A stretch of DNA of 64,000 nt from Rhina ancylostomus (lineage: Eukaryota). Under the pieces are notes generated by a model that did not search any database, was not told the DNA's origin, and saw only the letters and a program-made list of their open reading frames with translations. The stretch lies in the NCBI GenBank assembly GCA_030265395.1, contig JARFYF010000104.1, positions 88,693,330-88,757,329 on the forward strand. Direction: 5' to 3'. The translations under genes and the position numbers were made by a program. Positions 62,419 to 64,000 of the stretch are shown here, one piece after another. Each line of letters opens with the position of its first letter. Position 1 is the stretch's first letter.

Positions 62419-64000
62419 ATTGGGTTTATAAAGAGGCTGTTTTACAGCAAATTCTACCACAAACACACAAATAAATTAGGATGAGGTTGGGAGGCAAAAA
62501 GGGTCAGTAAGGCAAAAGAATAATTGTGAAAGGTGGTTGCTGGGTAAGTAAAGCCAAGCAAGAGTTTAGGTGTCTGCACAGTGCAATGTTTGTCTAGTGA
62601 GCTGTGTAACCATGAAGGACAGGATGGAATTCCTAACCAGACACCAGTGAGAAGGAATAATTGAGTTGTTATTTGAGTTGAAGATAACATGGGTACCTAG
62701 TGTGGGCAAATAAGGAAAATATAGGTTAACCTCTCTTTCTGAAGACTTGAGTGTGCCAGCCCTTCCCAGGAGAAATGAGTGACACTTTCCCAGCACCAGA
62801 AGTCCATTCATTCTGTCTTCAATGGTCCCCAGGAGACCCTTGAGCTCCAAAACCTGGTTAACTTGTGTATTCTTCACCTCTACTTGTTGAGGCATGTTGC
62901 TGGACTTTTAGCATGAATAATATTCAAAGTCATGATCCTGCCAACTTTGATTAAGATGTTACAATAGCACACTGAAGTAAAAATACCTGGTGAAGTAACT
63001 TATGATATGAATCATCATGGAGAGTCCTTGACATTTGGTAATGGAGTATGATTTATGTTGGGGATGTGGGGGGTGATGGGGCAAGAATTGGGCAAATGTG
63101 ATAAAATTTGTCACAATCCCCAGAGAAGAGAGCAAGGGCTTCTATGAGAGTAGGAGAGGAATACAATTGATCTTCCTTGGCTGCTATGAGTACTCCACCA
63201 TAGAATGATGTAGTTCAGAAGCAAGGCTGAAAACACTGCCCTGCTCTTTCTCTTTGCATACTTTCCCCTTCAAAACTTTAGCCAATCCCCTTTTCAGTAT
63301 AATATTCCAACCATAGTTGCAGCCAAAACAAGTTATCTTCAGATCACCTATGGATCGATATTTTTACCAGTTATTTTCAGTCAATGCCATCCAACTGCCA
63401 GCATTTCATCAATGGAAATTTGCTGCTAATTAATCCAACAAAACACTTCTATCAAATCCCTCTTTAATCTCTCAACTCTAAAGCAGATAGCCCCAGTTAC
63501 TCTGGGCTCTCCACATAACTGTGTCATCTCCTGCATTATTCAATTAAATCTCTTCTGCACCCTCTGGTTAAAGTGAGCAGACCAGAATTAGATAAAAATA
63601 TTCCAAATAATGTCTATTGTTCACAAAGGATCGGTTTAATTGCCTTGCTTTTGTACTTTTTTATAAAGCCCAAATATTTTCAAACTGCCTTTTCACCTTG
63701 TTCTGCTGCTCTCAGGCACTTATGTACACACTCAACTTGTCTTTGTTTCTGTATTCCCTTTATAATTGTTCCACTTAATTTACATTGCCCCTCATGCTCT
63801 TCCTACAAAGACAAATCGCAGTGCACAGAGTGTGCATCTGTCTATTTTAATAGTCTCCATCTTTCTGATTGAAATGTGTTACAATTCTCCTAACTGTTCA
63901 CTGCTTTTAAATCTGCAAAGCTTGAAATCATTCCCTTGTTTGATATTCTGTCAGGTCAAAAAGGTCACTGGTCTCCACACCAATGCCTGAAGGAATGCCC

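Overview
Eukaryotic, AT-rich, repeat-dense vertebrate DNA. The repeat repertoire (CR1 LINEs, V-SINEs, Deu-domain SINE relics, Penelope and Rex1/Babar fragments) suggests a cartilaginous fish, possibly a ray; this is inference from recognised repeat families, not a database result. I cannot support any host protein-coding exon. Every recognisable peptide in the ORF track is a retroelement remnant (CR1 RT, Penelope RT and GIY-YIG, Rex1 C-terminus), and the long ORFs are mostly N-gap artefacts. The window looks intronic or like a gene desert. Most notable: a 131-bp inverted duplication joined to a truncated SINE (54.2-54.9 kb); a Penelope-derived palindrome with hammerhead-like cores (46.2 kb); a tRNA-Glu(TTC) pseudogene stacked with two SINEs (17.6-18.2 kb); a solo LTR with a 5-bp TSD (28.5-29.0 kb); a young V-SINE family with a Rex1-like tail; and several repeat-free blocks rich in homeodomain/Pbx-Meis motifs that may be enhancers. 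I see no convincing evidence of a wholly new biological system. Boundaries of old repeats are approximate.
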